Shown piece after piece: positions 19,535-30,595 of a stretch of DNA of 64,000 nucleotides. Under the pieces are notes generated by a model. The model was not told the origin of the DNA and made no database searches. It saw only the letters and a program-made list of their open reading frames with translations. The first letter of the stretch is position 1. Each line of letters opens with the position of its first letter. The stretch lies in the NCBI GenBank assembly GCA_964561875.1, contig CAZLQL010000003.1:5822-69821 (forward strand). The letters are read 5' to 3'. Made by a program: the position numbers and the translations under genes. This DNA is from an uncultured Candidatus Saccharibacteria bacterium (GTDB lineage Bacteria; Patescibacteriota; Minisyncoccia; Phycocordibacterales; PALSA-1337).

Positions 19535-20593
19535 ATGAATAAGTTAAAACTATATATAGGATCTTTACCTTACAAAAAACCTGTTTTAGAGTTTCTACCG
19601 AAAGATATTCAATCTATTCCAAAAGAGAATATGTTTGGAGAAAGAAATATATTTGATACAGATTTTGAATATGTAGAAGTGGTTTCTGATCCTGAACAGT
19701 CTGAATATTTTCTATTGCCATATTCATACAATCATGTCTCAAAAGAAAAACATTATATAAATAGTTTTGGGGAATTGGCAAAGAAATACAATAAAAGAGT
19801 CATAGTCTTTTTACTTGGAGATTCAAATGAAGATATAGAGATTTCAAATTCTATAGTTTTCAGAATGTCTAAATACAAGACCAATATAAAAGGAAATGAG
19901 ATTATTATGCCTGCATACTCTGCAGATTTGGGTGCTATATATGGACTTAATTTCAGAGAAAAAAGCGAAGATAAACCAGTTATAGGATTTTGTGGTTGGG
20001 CAAGTATACCAAATCGAAAAACCAAGATTAAATATAAGATTAAAGAGTATTTTTGGAATATCTGGGGTTTATTTATAAAAAAGTACAATACAAGAATTCC
20101 TGGCGTGATATTGAGAGAAAATATAATTAATATTATTGAAAAGTCTAAAATAGTAAGGAATAACTTTATTATAAGAAAATCATATAGTGGAAATACTAAA
20201 ACAATTAGTCTTGATCCGAAGATTGCAAGAGAAGAATATATAAATTCTATAAAGGATTCAGATTATTATCTTTGTCCAAAAGGTGATGGTAATTTCTCGG
20301 TTAGATTTTTTGAATGCTTAAGTTTAGGTAGGATACCGGTCTTAATAAATACCGATATAGACCTACCTTTTTCGAATATTGTCGACTACAAAGACTTTAT
20401 TATAAAGATCGATATGGGAGATATAAGAAATATCGATAAAATCGTTTATGATCATTATTTTAAGACAAATAATAATGATTTTATAAATATACAAAAGAGG
20501 TGCAGAAATGTATTTGACCAATACCTCAATATTCATGTATTCTTTATGAATGTCCTTAAAAGAGATTTTCTCGAGAAAGTTCCTAAAGTATAG
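19535..20593 (+). CDS. Exostosin-family (GT47) glycosyltransferase
   Basis: GFCG, R..II, SDYYLCPKGDGNFSVRFFECLSLGRIPV...LPF. Confidence 0.8.
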   Translation: MNKLKLYIGSLPYKKPVLEFLPKDIQSIPKENMFGERNIFDTDFEYVEVVSDPEQSEYFLLPYSYNHVSKEKHYINSFGELAKKYNKRVIVFLLGDSNEDIEISNSIVFRMSKYKTNIKGNEIIMPAYSADLGAIYGLNFREKSEDKPVIGFCGWASIPNRKTKIKYKIKEYFWNIWGLFIKKYNTRIPGVILRENIINIIEKSKIVRNNFIIRKSYSGNTKTISLDPKIAREEYINSIKDSDYYLCPKGDGNFSVRFFECLSLGRIPVLINTDIDLPFSNIVDYKDFIIKIDMGDIRNIDKIVYDHYFKTNNNDFINIQKRCRNVFDQYLNIHVFFMNVLKRDFLEKVPKV

Positions 20594-22082
20594 TTTATTA
20601 TCTATTGTTCTACTTGCTGGATTTATATTTTTTAGTTTTGAAGTTACAAAAGACATAACAGAGAATCCTCCAACATGGATGGATGAGGGCATTATCATAG
20701 AATCTGCTAGAAATTTTGCTAAAAGTGGCGTATCAGGTATCAGAATTAGCCCAAGTGAAGTGGTATCTGGGGGCTATATAACCACCAGCTATCCTGTCAC
20801 ATATCCTATAAGTATTCTTTTCAATAGATACGGGGTAAATCTATTCGACGCTAGACTTGTTATGGTTGTCTATATGTATTTGGCTTTATTCGCTTGTCTG
20901 TTTTTGGTTTCAAGAGTGGGGTATAGAAGTAAATATGTTTATGCATATACGATGTTTTTGATCATTACTTTCGCTCCATTTTATGGACATGGTAAAAATG
21001 TCTTAGGTGAAATCCCTGGATTATTTTATCTTTTTATATCAATGATTGTATTGTTTTATTTCAATGAAATATTACCTAGGATTGAGGTGAGAATAAGACA
21101 TAAAGTATTTTTACTTTTCATTGCTTCTATTTTTACAGGTTTAGCTATTATTACAAAACCAATTTACATACTTATTATTCCCGCAATAATAATTGGAGGA
21201 ATTTTGTATGTTTATACTAGATACAGATGTAGCAAAATGTTCGAGGTTAGATTTCTAGCACTTAAGAAATCATTGTGGGTTTATATACCATCAACCTTTA
21301 TCGGTCTTTTATTACCAATATTCACTTGGATTGTATATCAATTCCACGGTGAGGGTTTGAGATTTATATTATCAGTATATGCAAATCCTCATAAAAATGA
21401 ATTGATGGGTTCTATAATTTCAAATTCATATAGATTTATAAGTGAATTACAACCCGCATATACTTTGGCTATGCTATTTATATGGTTCATTACAATATTT
21501 ATCAGATTTAAAAGAAAGGAGAATATAACTCTATCTGAATATATATTATTTTCTTTTTCAGTTTTAGTCCTTGTAGCTTATCTTAGAACACCTGGATACT
21601 ATAGATATTTTATTCAGACAGAAATGATATCTCTAATATTTTTATCATCAAATTTATTATATTTATCAAAAACTTTCAGTAAAATGGGTAAGTTTTTATT
21701 TATTGTTTCTGTTTCAGGTATTGTATGTATACAAGCGTATCAAATGTTCAATAATAGCTGGATCTATACTCATGAAAAAAGTCAGAGGTCTAGTTTATTG
21801 AAGAAGGAGTTAGAATCACTTTCTTCTGATAAAGAAGTCTTCTTGTACCAAGCACCTGAAGTTGCCACCTTTATTCCTCACGATAACTATTCACAGTATC
21901 TAGAGGTTACATCATATATAAAAGAAGGAAATTCCTCTTTAAAAAGAGTTGAAAAAGGTCTACCTTATATTTTGGTAACCAAGAATGATGAATCTATTAT
22001 AAATTTGATAAAAACTATTAGTAATAATAAATATAAAAATATTTATAATATAGATCGTTATACATTCTTTAAAAAGATATAA
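20550..22082 (+). CDS. GT-C (ArnT/PMT-like) membrane glycosyltransferase
   Basis: WMDEG after TM1, LGE.P, GLAIITKP, many TM helices. Confidence 0.8.
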   Translation: MSLKEIFSRKFLKYSLLSIVLLAGFIFFSFEVTKDITENPPTWMDEGIIIESARNFAKSGVSGIRISPSEVVSGGYITTSYPVTYPISILFNRYGVNLFDARLVMVVYMYLALFACLFLVSRVGYRSKYVYAYTMFLIITFAPFYGHGKNVLGEIPGLFYLFISMIVLFYFNEILPRIEVRIRHKVFLLFIASIFTGLAIITKPIYILIIPAIIIGGILYVYTRYRCSKMFEVRFLALKKSLWVYIPSTFIGLLLPIFTWIVYQFHGEGLRFILSVYANPHKNELMGSIISNSYRFISELQPAYTLAMLFIWFITIFIRFKRKENITLSEYILFSFSVLVLVAYLRTPGYYRYFIQTEMISLIFLSSNLLYLSKTFSKMGKFLFIVSVSGIVCIQAYQMFNNSWIYTHEKSQRSSLLKKELESLSSDKEVFLYQAPEVATFIPHDNYSQYLEVTSYIKEGNSSLKRVEKGLPYILVTKNDESIINLIKTISNNKYKNIYNIDRYTFFKKI

Positions 22083-22085
22083 TTT

Positions 22086-23234
22086 ATGAATATAATTTAT
22101 ATTTCTCAAAACAGAATTCCATCAGATAAGGGTTATTCAATACAGATAATGAAGATGTGCGAGGCTTTTGTAAAACAGGGTATAAAACTCGTTTTATTTA
22201 CCACAAGGTATAAGAAAGATAGTAAAAAAGATGAAAAACAAGATGTAAATAAGCTTTTTTCAAGCTACAGTATTAAAAATAAATTTAATATAGTTACAAT
22301 AGATATTCCTTTTCTCATTAGGCTTGGGAAAATAGGTCACTTGATGCAGGGTATTTTATTTTCTATAAAGATTTATATTAAAAATAGTATAGATAAAAGT
22401 ACTATTATATATACTAGAGATTGGATACCCGCATTATTTTTCTCTTTGTTTGGATATAAAACTTATTTAGAAATCCATACTCATCATGGTTCAGTAGGTA
22501 GTAAGATTGCTCAAAGATATGTTTCAGGGATAGTTGTTATATCCAATGGATTGAAACAGTTTTATATTGAAAATGGTATAGATAAAAATAAGATTTTTGT
22601 ATCACCAAGCGGAGTAGATCTGGATGATTTTGGTATTACTGGAAATACAATAGATATACATAATGAATTTGGAATTGATAGAGATTCAAAGATAATAATG
22701 TATACAGGTCATTTGTATGATTGGAAGGGAATAGATACTTTGGTTTCTGTGTCTGAATTGATTGATAAAAATATAAACATAGTCTGCATAGGTGGTACTG
22801 ATCATGACTTAAAAAAGTATATTTCTTTAAATAATTTAAATAAAAATATAAAGTTTATTGGAAACAAGCCTTTCAATGTTATAGCGGATTATATGAGATC
22901 AGCAGATGCATTTATAATTCCAAATTCAAAAAAGAGTTTGATCTCAAAGAGTTTTACTTCACCACTTAAGTTATTTACATATATGGCAATGCAAAAACCT
23001 ATAATTGCTTCTGATCTGCCATCTATAAGAGAAATATTGGATGATAGTATGGCTTATTATTATGAACCAGATGATATAAAGTCTTGTATTCAAGCAATAA
23101 ATTCCTCATTTACAGATTTTGAAGAGTCAAATAAAAAAGTTAAAAAATCGTACGAAGAAGTAAAGAGGTATTCTTGGTCAAATAGAGCTATTAGACTTTT
23201 GGCATTTCTTGGCTATACTAATGACAATAAATGA
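22086..23234 (+). CDS. Glycosyltransferase family 4
   Basis: YTGHLYDWKG, SPLKLFTYMA. Confidence 0.9.
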   Translation: MNIIYISQNRIPSDKGYSIQIMKMCEAFVKQGIKLVLFTTRYKKDSKKDEKQDVNKLFSSYSIKNKFNIVTIDIPFLIRLGKIGHLMQGILFSIKIYIKNSIDKSTIIYTRDWIPALFFSLFGYKTYLEIHTHHGSVGSKIAQRYVSGIVVISNGLKQFYIENGIDKNKIFVSPSGVDLDDFGITGNTIDIHNEFGIDRDSKIIMYTGHLYDWKGIDTLVSVSELIDKNINIVCIGGTDHDLKKYISLNNLNKNIKFIGNKPFNVIADYMRSADAFIIPNSKKSLISKSFTSPLKLFTYMAMQKPIIASDLPSIREILDDSMAYYYEPDDIKSCIQAINSSFTDFEESNKKVKKSYEEVKRYSWSNRAIRLLAFLGYTNDNK

Positions 23235-24178
23235 AAAAGATATCAATCATTACTCCTGTATATAATGAATCACAAAGCATACCTTTGCTAGTAGACGAGC
23301 TAAAGTCTGTTATGTCTAAATCTGGCTATAAATACGAAATTATAGCTGTAAATGATGGTTCAAAAGATAATACTGAAGATGTTTTATTGGAACTTGCTCA
23401 GAAAAATAAAGAATTAAAGATTATTAATTTCAATTCAAATAAAGGTCAAAGTGCTGCTCTTTCAGCTGGTATTGAAAAATCAACAGGAGATATCATAGTG
23501 ACTATAGATAGTGATTTGGAAAATGATCCAAACGACATAATAAATCTTATCGATACTATGTCTAAAGGTTATGATGTGGTTTCTGGTTGGAGGGATGGTC
23601 GTTGGGAAGGAAATTATTTTAGTAGAAAATTACCATCAAAGATTGCAAATTCTCTAATATCAAAAATAACAAAAGTAAAATTAAATGATTATGGCTGTAC
23701 TCTGAAAGCATATTCTAGAAGAGTAATACAAGATATACATCTATATGGTGAAATGCATAGGTTTATACCTGCATATACAGCTTGGAACGGAGGAAATGTT
23801 ACAGAAGTAAAAGTATCTTTTAGACCAAGAAGGTTTGGTAAAAGTAATTATGGTATATCAAGAACATTTAAGGTGCTACTTGATCTCATCACAATAAAAT
23901 ATTTCATGAAATATATGAATAAACCAATGCACTTCTTTGGTGGAATTGGTTTTATTTCGCTTTTTATTGGTAGTTTAAGTGGTTTACTTTCTATTTTTCT
24001 AAAGATTATTCATGTTAGAGACTTTGTTTCCACACCATTACCTATATTTTCTGCATTATTTATAATAGTTGGAATTCAGCTTATTACCATGGGTATATTG
24101 GCAGAGATAATGATGAGAACTTACTATGAATCTCAGGGTAAGAAACCTTACAGTGTAAAAAGTTTAATAAATTTCTAA
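23231..24178 (+). CDS. GT2 polyprenyl-phosphate glycosyltransferase (ArnC/GtrB-like)
   Basis: PVYNE, NDGSKD, DSDLENDP, GEMHRFIP, two C-terminal TMs. Confidence 0.92.
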   Translation: MKKISIITPVYNESQSIPLLVDELKSVMSKSGYKYEIIAVNDGSKDNTEDVLLELAQKNKELKIINFNSNKGQSAALSAGIEKSTGDIIVTIDSDLENDPNDIINLIDTMSKGYDVVSGWRDGRWEGNYFSRKLPSKIANSLISKITKVKLNDYGCTLKAYSRRVIQDIHLYGEMHRFIPAYTAWNGGNVTEVKVSFRPRRFGKSNYGISRTFKVLLDLITIKYFMKYMNKPMHFFGGIGFISLFIGSLSGLLSIFLKIIHVRDFVSTPLPIFSALFIIVGIQLITMGILAEIMMRTYYESQGKKPYSVKSLINF

Positions 24179-24179
24179 A

Positions 24180-26051
24180 ATGTGTGGAATAGTTGGATTT
24201 ATAGGACAAGGTAGTGAAAATGATATAAATATCATGACTGACTCTATTTCATATAGAGGACCAGATGATAGGGGTGTATTTTTTAAACAAGGTGTCGGAC
24301 TAGGACATAGGAGACTTTCTATTCTTGACCTTTCACCTCTAGGTCATCAACCTATGGTAAGTGAAGATGGAAATGTGGTCATAATCTTTAATGGAGAAAT
24401 ATATAATTTCTTGGAATTAAAAAATACTTTTTTAAGTAAGTATAATTTTAAGGGTAGCTCGGATACAGAAGTAATATTATATTTATATTTAGAGTTTGGA
24501 GATAAGGTATTTTCTATGATTCAAGGTATGTTTTCTATTGCTATTTATGATTTTAATAATAAAAAACTATTGTTAGCCAGAGATAGAATGGGTAAAAAAC
24601 CATTATATTGGGGTTTGTATGATGATACTTTACTATTTGCTTCAGAACCAAAAGCTTTATTTGGTCATAAAAAATTTAGAAAGGAAATAGATCTTAATTC
24701 TTTAAATAAATATTTTCAATTCGAATATATACCAACACCGAGATCAATATATAAAGGTTTAAATAAGCTGGAGCCAGGACACTTGGTTGTATATCAAAAT
24801 AATAGTATTAAGAAAATAAAGTTTTGGGATATAAAGTCACAGAATATAAATATCAATACAAAACATGCAATAGAAAGATTGGATAGATTAATGTCTGAGT
24901 CTGTGAAAAAGAGGATGGTTGCGGATGTGTCGATCGGTATATTTTTAAGTGGTGGTATAGATTCTAGTGCTATAGCTTATTACGCTACAAAAAATAGTAA
25001 AGATAAAATAAAGACTTTTTCTATTGGTTTCAATGATAAATCTTTTGATGAACTAAAATATGCAAATATAGTTTCAAAATACTTAAACACTGAACATCAT
25101 GAAAAGATATTAAGTGAAAAAGATTCGATTGACGTGATATATAATATATCAAATCTATTGGATGAACCTCTAGCAGATTCTTCGATTATTCCTACTTATT
25201 TATTATCAAAATACGCTAGAGAACACGTAACAGTAGCTCTAGGGGGAGATGGTGGGGATGAGCTATTTTGGGGATATGATACATTTATTGCTCATAAATT
25301 ATCTTTTATTTATGATATTGTTCCAGACTTTATAAAAAATATTCTTATTAACTTTATAGATAAAATCCCTACATCTTTCTCAAATATCAGTTTGGACTTC
25401 AAAATAAAGAAATTTATACATGGGTATGTTGGAAATCCTTTATATAGACATTTTACATGGCTTGGAGCTTTTGATCGGAATGAGAGAAATAAATTATTTA
25501 GAAATAATATTTTGAATGAAATAAAAGGTACAAATGAATTTGAGGATATAGACAATTACATAAAGTCTTTTTCAGAAAATAAAGGTTACGATATAAATTC
25601 GTATCTATACCAAAGGACATATATGATGGACGATATCCTCGTAAAAGTTGATAGAGCTAGTATGTATAACTCCCTAGAGGTTAGAACACCATTTTTAGAT
25701 ACCGATATTGTGGATTTTGCAAACAGTCTACCTATAAAACTAAAATGCAAAGGACTTAATAGAAAGTTTATTCTTAAAAAGCTTTTAGAAGGTAAAATAC
25801 CTAGAGAAATAATATATAGAAAGAAAAAAGGTTTCGGTATACCTATTGCAAAATGGTTAAGATCAGATCTAAAACCACTCATTGAAGAATTGTTAAATAA
25901 GGACTATATAAATAAACAAAATATATTTAATTATGATTATATAAAAATACTGATTGATGACCATATGAATATGACAAGAGACAATAGAAAATATTTATGG
26001 AGTTTATTGGTATTCCAGATGTGGTATAAGAAGTTTTTTATCGAAAAATAA
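24180..26051 (+). CDS. asnB: Glutamine-hydrolysing asparagine synthase-like amidotransferase
   Basis: MCGI, RGPD, HRRLSILD, FNGEIYN, LSGGIDSS, GDGGDE, LEVRTPFLD. Confidence 0.95.
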   Translation: MCGIVGFIGQGSENDINIMTDSISYRGPDDRGVFFKQGVGLGHRRLSILDLSPLGHQPMVSEDGNVVIIFNGEIYNFLELKNTFLSKYNFKGSSDTEVILYLYLEFGDKVFSMIQGMFSIAIYDFNNKKLLLARDRMGKKPLYWGLYDDTLLFASEPKALFGHKKFRKEIDLNSLNKYFQFEYIPTPRSIYKGLNKLEPGHLVVYQNNSIKKIKFWDIKSQNININTKHAIERLDRLMSESVKKRMVADVSIGIFLSGGIDSSAIAYYATKNSKDKIKTFSIGFNDKSFDELKYANIVSKYLNTEHHEKILSEKDSIDVIYNISNLLDEPLADSSIIPTYLLSKYAREHVTVALGGDGGDELFWGYDTFIAHKLSFIYDIVPDFIKNILINFIDKIPTSFSNISLDFKIKKFIHGYVGNPLYRHFTWLGAFDRNERNKLFRNNILNEIKGTNEFEDIDNYIKSFSENKGYDINSYLYQRTYMMDDILVKVDRASMYNSLEVRTPFLDTDIVDFANSLPIKLKCKGLNRKFILKKLLEGKIPREIIYRKKKGFGIPIAKWLRSDLKPLIEELLNKDYINKQNIFNYDYIKILIDDHMNMTRDNRKYLWSLLVFQMWYKKFFIEK

Positions 26052-26114
26052 ACACCATTATATATAGTTTTGGCTAGTTTCTATAAAAATAATAGATGAT
26101 ATAATCAAAAAACT

Positions 26115-26825
26115 ATGGCTAAAGTTGTCGTCGTAATACCTACTTATAATGAAAAAGACAATATAAGGGATATCGTAAAGAGTGTTTTTGATTATCTACC
26201 ACATGTTAATCTTCTTGTTGTAGATGACAATTCTCCAGATGGTACTAGATTTATAGTAGAAGATTTGATGAAACAATATAAAAATCTTTCTATAAAGAAT
26301 CGACAGAAAAAAGAGGGTTTGGGAAAAGCATACACCTCTACTTTTATAGATTTATTAAATGATAAAGATATATCTACTATTGTAAGTATGGACGCAGATC
26401 TATCTCATGATCCAAAAAGCATAATAGATATGCTTGAGAAAAGAAAAGAATTTGATGTAATAATCGGTTCGAGATATATAAGTGGTGGGAAGACTCAAGG
26501 TTGGGAATTGTGGAGAAAGATATTGAGTATTGGTGGAAATACTTATACAAAGATCATAACAGGAATGCCAATAAATGACTTTACTAGTGGCTTTATGTGT
26601 ATGTCTACAGATTCACTTAGGAAAATTGATTTAAATAAAATAAGCAGTTCAGGTTATGCTTTTTTGATAGAATTAAAATACGAATTATATGTAATGAGAA
26701 ATAGAATGTCTGAAGTTCCTATTGTATTTAAAAATAGAATTGGTGGTGAGTCAAAAATCTCAAATCACATAATCAAAGAAGGTATAAAAGCTCCATGGAG
26801 GCTGGCTCTCAGAATAAAAAAATGA
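26115..26825 (+). CDS. Polyprenol-monophosphomannose synthase-like GT2
   Basis: PTYNE, DDNSPDGT, MDADLSH, GSRY, GYAFLIE, GESK. Confidence 0.9.
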   Translation: MAKVVVVIPTYNEKDNIRDIVKSVFDYLPHVNLLVVDDNSPDGTRFIVEDLMKQYKNLSIKNRQKKEGLGKAYTSTFIDLLNDKDISTIVSMDADLSHDPKSIIDMLEKRKEFDVIIGSRYISGGKTQGWELWRKILSIGGNTYTKIITGMPINDFTSGFMCMSTDSLRKIDLNKISSSGYAFLIELKYELYVMRNRMSEVPIVFKNRIGGESKISNHIIKEGIKAPWRLALRIKK

Positions 26826-27688
26826 ATTGTTTAGTATGTACATCTAGTAACAGTGATTTTTATATAAAGAAAAATAATTCTCACATATTTAAATGTGTTA
26901 AATGTAAAACACTTTTTGTATACCCGATACCAAAAGATGAAAATATAGAGGAGGTTTATGAAAAAGAATATTTTAGTGGTGCTGAACAAGGTTTTGGCTA
27001 TGTAGATTATGATAGTGATAAAAGTGCGATGAAAGATATGTTTATACAATACATAAAAGATTTCAAACACTATAAGAGTGATATGAAAAGTATTTTTGAT
27101 ATTGGTGCAGCTACAGGATACTTTTTAGATTTAGCAAAAGATGAGGGTCTTGTTGTATCGGGTGTTGAGATTTCAGATTATGCTACAAACATCGCTATAA
27201 ATAAAGGTATAGATGTAAAAAGGGGGACAATAGAAAATGTGAAAATTAAGAAAAGCGCATTTGATGTTGTAACCATGTGGGACGTTATAGAACATATGAA
27301 AGACCCAAGAATTGGTCTGAAAAAAGTAAATGAAGTTTTGAAATCAAATGGCCTTATAGCTATAAGTACTCCAGATTCTGGTAGTATGTTTTCAAAAATA
27401 ATGAGTAGAAAGTGGCATTCTTTTGTACCACCCGAGCATCTGTATTATTTTAATAAAAAGAGTCTGTCTATTCTTTTAAAAGAAAATGGTTTTGAAATAT
27501 TAAAAATCAAGACAATAAATAAAAGATTTACTTTGAAATATATCTTTAGAATGCTCTACAGGTGGCAAAAGCTGAAGATTTGGGAAAGTATATATGAATA
27601 CATAGTATCAAATAAATTTCTTAATAAAATTACAATATTTCTTCCTCTAGGTGATAATATGTATATAGTTGCTAAAAAAATAAAATGA
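26822..27688 (+). CDS. Class I SAM methyltransferase with Zn ribbon
   Basis: CLVC..CVKC, DIGAATG, WDVIEH, PPEHL; ATGA overlap with the upstream gene. Confidence 0.88.
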   Translation: MNCLVCTSSNSDFYIKKNNSHIFKCVKCKTLFVYPIPKDENIEEVYEKEYFSGAEQGFGYVDYDSDKSAMKDMFIQYIKDFKHYKSDMKSIFDIGAATGYFLDLAKDEGLVVSGVEISDYATNIAINKGIDVKRGTIENVKIKKSAFDVVTMWDVIEHMKDPRIGLKKVNEVLKSNGLIAISTPDSGSMFSKIMSRKWHSFVPPEHLYYFNKKSLSILLKENGFEILKIKTINKRFTLKYIFRMLYRWQKLKIWESIYEYIVSNKFLNKITIFLPLGDNMYIVAKKIK

Positions 27689-28410
27689 AAATAGAACATT
27701 ATAAAAGTCTATACGACAATGAGATGAAAAGTTGGTGGTATAGAGTAAGGAGGAACTTTATTTTAAAAATTATAAAGAAATATACTAAAATTAGTAGTCT
27801 AAATATTTTAGATGTTGGGTGTGGTACGGGAGCACTTATGATAGAACTCTCACATTTTGGAAATATCTCAGGTATCGATATAGCTCAAACTGCTATAGAT
27901 TTTTGTAAAACTAGAGGTATAAGTGATGTAAAAGTGGGTAATGCACTAGATATACCATATAGCGATAATAGCTTTGATGTTGTGCTTGCTTTGGATGTGC
28001 TCGAACATATCAAAGAGGATGAGTTGGCTATAAAAGAATTGAAAAGGGTATTAAAACCAAACGGAATACTTATTACATTTGTTCCGGCTTTTATGATCTT
28101 ATGGGGTATAACAGATACTATAAGTGAACACTACAGAAGATACACAAGGAAGGATTTTAAGAAAAAGATATTATCATCAGGTTTAGATATTGTGATAATA
28201 TCTTATTTCAATTTTTTTCTTTTTATACCGATTTTGATTGTTAGAAAAATAGTAAATTTATTTAATATAAAAGTTAAAAATGAAAATAATATGACTCCTG
28301 AGCCGATAAATACTATTTTATATTTTATATTTTCAATAGAGCTTTTTGTATTAAATTATATAAACCTACCGTTTGGTGTATCACTATTTTGTATAAGTAA
28401 AAAGAAATAA
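27685..28410 (+). CDS. Class I SAM methyltransferase
   Basis: LDVGCGTG, LDVLEH, VPA..LW..D...HYRRY. Confidence 0.9.
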   Translation: MKIEHYKSLYDNEMKSWWYRVRRNFILKIIKKYTKISSLNILDVGCGTGALMIELSHFGNISGIDIAQTAIDFCKTRGISDVKVGNALDIPYSDNSFDVVLALDVLEHIKEDELAIKELKRVLKPNGILITFVPAFMILWGITDTISEHYRRYTRKDFKKKILSSGLDIVIISYFNFFLFIPILIVRKIVNLFNIKVKNENNMTPEPINTILYFIFSIELFVLNYINLPFGVSLFCISKKK

Positions 28411-29580
28411 ATGAAAAGTATTTTATTTAAAATAAAAAATATAGCAATTCTATCTGCATGTTACGCATATTCGATTTTTAAAGTAAAAAATAATAAAAAT
28501 CTAATCCCAAAAAGTATCATCATATTTAGTATGGGTAAACTGGGGGATATGGTATGTATAACACCTCTTTTTAATGCGATAAAATCAAAATACAGAGATG
28601 TGAATATATATGTTTGCAGTAGTGCCGGATTACAAGGGTTACTCAGTGACCATCCTGATGTATATAAATACGTTGCCTATAACAAAAAATCTATATTTGA
28701 AAATATTAAGAACATTAAATCATTAAACATAGACTTCGGTATTACTGTAACTCCAGATTTTAATGCACTAGCCATTATGTATTTATCAGGTGTAAAAAGT
28801 ATTACCGTACCGAGAGTGGTTTCGGGTTATTCACCATATGAAACAAAGTCATATAAGGCTCTATCAAAGCTTGTAAATACAAAAACCCATGTAATGGGGA
28901 ATTATGCTCCAAAAGAGTATCTTAAACTACTTCATGATATAGATATATATAGTGATAATACAAAAAAATATCTAAGTTTCAATAAAACTGAAGATGAAAA
29001 AGTAAAAGCTTTTTTTAGAAATAATAATATAAATATTGGATCAGACAATATAGTAATAGTTTCCCATACGGTTGGAAATCAAATAAAGAAATGGGGTATA
29101 GATAAATTCACAGAATTGATCAATAAAATAAATACCAATTTTGATGTAAAGATTATTTTAATTGGAGAAGAAAAAGATAAAATTGAGGGTAATAAAATAA
29201 AAGATAATATACCCGAAGTTATAAACTCTTGTGGTTTATTTAATCTAGGTGAATTGAAATCGTTGGTATCACACTCAAGTCTATTTATTGGAGTTGATAC
29301 AGGACCTGTATACATAGCTGAAGCTTTTGATATTCCAACAGTAGATATAATAGGTCCTATGGATGAGAATGAACAACCACCAAGAAGTCATAAAAATATT
29401 TTAATTATTCCTAAGAGGGAAAAGTCACAATTACATATTATGAATGCTAGGATATATGATAAAAATGAGGCATTACGACAGATACAATCCATAACAGTTG
29501 ATGAGGTATATAGTGTAGTTGTTAATCTTTTTAAAGATGGTATCATCAAGCCAAATAATAATTTTATATATGAAAAATAA
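28411..29580 (+). CDS. Glycosyltransferase family 9 (heptosyltransferase-like)
   Basis: KLGDMV, KKW, GVDTGPVYIAEA. Confidence 0.85.
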   Translation: MKSILFKIKNIAILSACYAYSIFKVKNNKNLIPKSIIIFSMGKLGDMVCITPLFNAIKSKYRDVNIYVCSSAGLQGLLSDHPDVYKYVAYNKKSIFENIKNIKSLNIDFGITVTPDFNALAIMYLSGVKSITVPRVVSGYSPYETKSYKALSKLVNTKTHVMGNYAPKEYLKLLHDIDIYSDNTKKYLSFNKTEDEKVKAFFRNNNINIGSDNIVIVSHTVGNQIKKWGIDKFTELINKINTNFDVKIILIGEEKDKIEGNKIKDNIPEVINSCGLFNLGELKSLVSHSSLFIGVDTGPVYIAEAFDIPTVDIIGPMDENEQPPRSHKNILIIPKREKSQLHIMNARIYDKNEALRQIQSITVDEVYSVVVNLFKDGIIKPNNNFIYEK

Positions 29581-30586
29581 TCTTTCAGATATTTCTTTTG
29601 AAGAGTATGAATATGGTTTACCTGGAACACCCGATCTCAATAAATTAACAGAAAAGCTACCTATTCCTTGGGTAGAGTTTAGAAAAACACTTAAACCCAG
29701 ATATTTTATCGTATGGAGAGATGTTGCAATGTGCTATCTGCTCATTGCTATTGGTATATTTTTATCTATATACACAAACAATTCGTCTTTATATATAAAG
29801 TTACCACTGGTATTGGCGTTGGGTGTTTGGATAGGATTCTGGTTTCATTCTCTAAGTTTGTTTTTACACGAAGCAGTTCATTATAATATTCATAAGAATA
29901 GAAAGTTAAACGATATATTGACTGATCTTATAATATGTCCGTTTATTTTTATAAATGTAAATGGCTATAGGAAGATACATTGGCACCACCATACTCAATT
30001 GGGCACTACAAAAGATACTGAAAAATCATATTTTAATGCACCCAATATAAAATTTATTTTAGAGACTCTAACAGGAATTCACGCGATAAGAACCTTGCTT
30101 ATATACTTTATGCCGAAGTCAAAATCAAATATTTCAGAAAAAAATGAAAATGATTCATTTGATTGGAAAATGGCATTAAGATTGGTTATAACCCAGTCTA
30201 TAGTCATACTCATATTTGTATTTTTCGGATATTATTTTACAGCTGTAGCATGGGTACTTGGTATAGTTGTATTCTGGCCTTTTTTTGGAACTGTACGTCA
30301 GATTTTGAGACATAGAGGAGAATATGCCTCAGCAAAAACAGATTATTATTCTGTTGATCATGGGGCAGTAGTTAGAATGTTTGGAGATGATCTATTTTCA
30401 AAATCATTTGGAGCAGCAGGATTCAATAAACATATGTTACATCATTGGGATCCGCATATTTCTTATACAAGAATTGATGATATGGAAGAGTATTTGAGAC
30501 AAACAGAACTTGGTCCAATAATAGATCAATCAAGAAGAAATTATTTTAGACTTTTCAAAAATCTATTTTTTAGAGCTATGGAATAA
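29570..30586 (+). CDS. Membrane fatty-acid desaturase/hydroxylase superfamily protein
   Basis: His boxes HEAVH, HWHHH, HMLHH with intervening TM segments; start 29570. Confidence 0.85.
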   Translation: MKNNLSDISFEEYEYGLPGTPDLNKLTEKLPIPWVEFRKTLKPRYFIVWRDVAMCYLLIAIGIFLSIYTNNSSLYIKLPLVLALGVWIGFWFHSLSLFLHEAVHYNIHKNRKLNDILTDLIICPFIFINVNGYRKIHWHHHTQLGTTKDTEKSYFNAPNIKFILETLTGIHAIRTLLIYFMPKSKSNISEKNENDSFDWKMALRLVITQSIVILIFVFFGYYFTAVAWVLGIVVFWPFFGTVRQILRHRGEYASAKTDYYSVDHGAVVRMFGDDLFSKSFGAAGFNKHMLHHWDPHISYTRIDDMEEYLRQTELGPIIDQSRRNYFRLFKNLFFRAME

Positions 30587-30595
30587 AATATCCAT

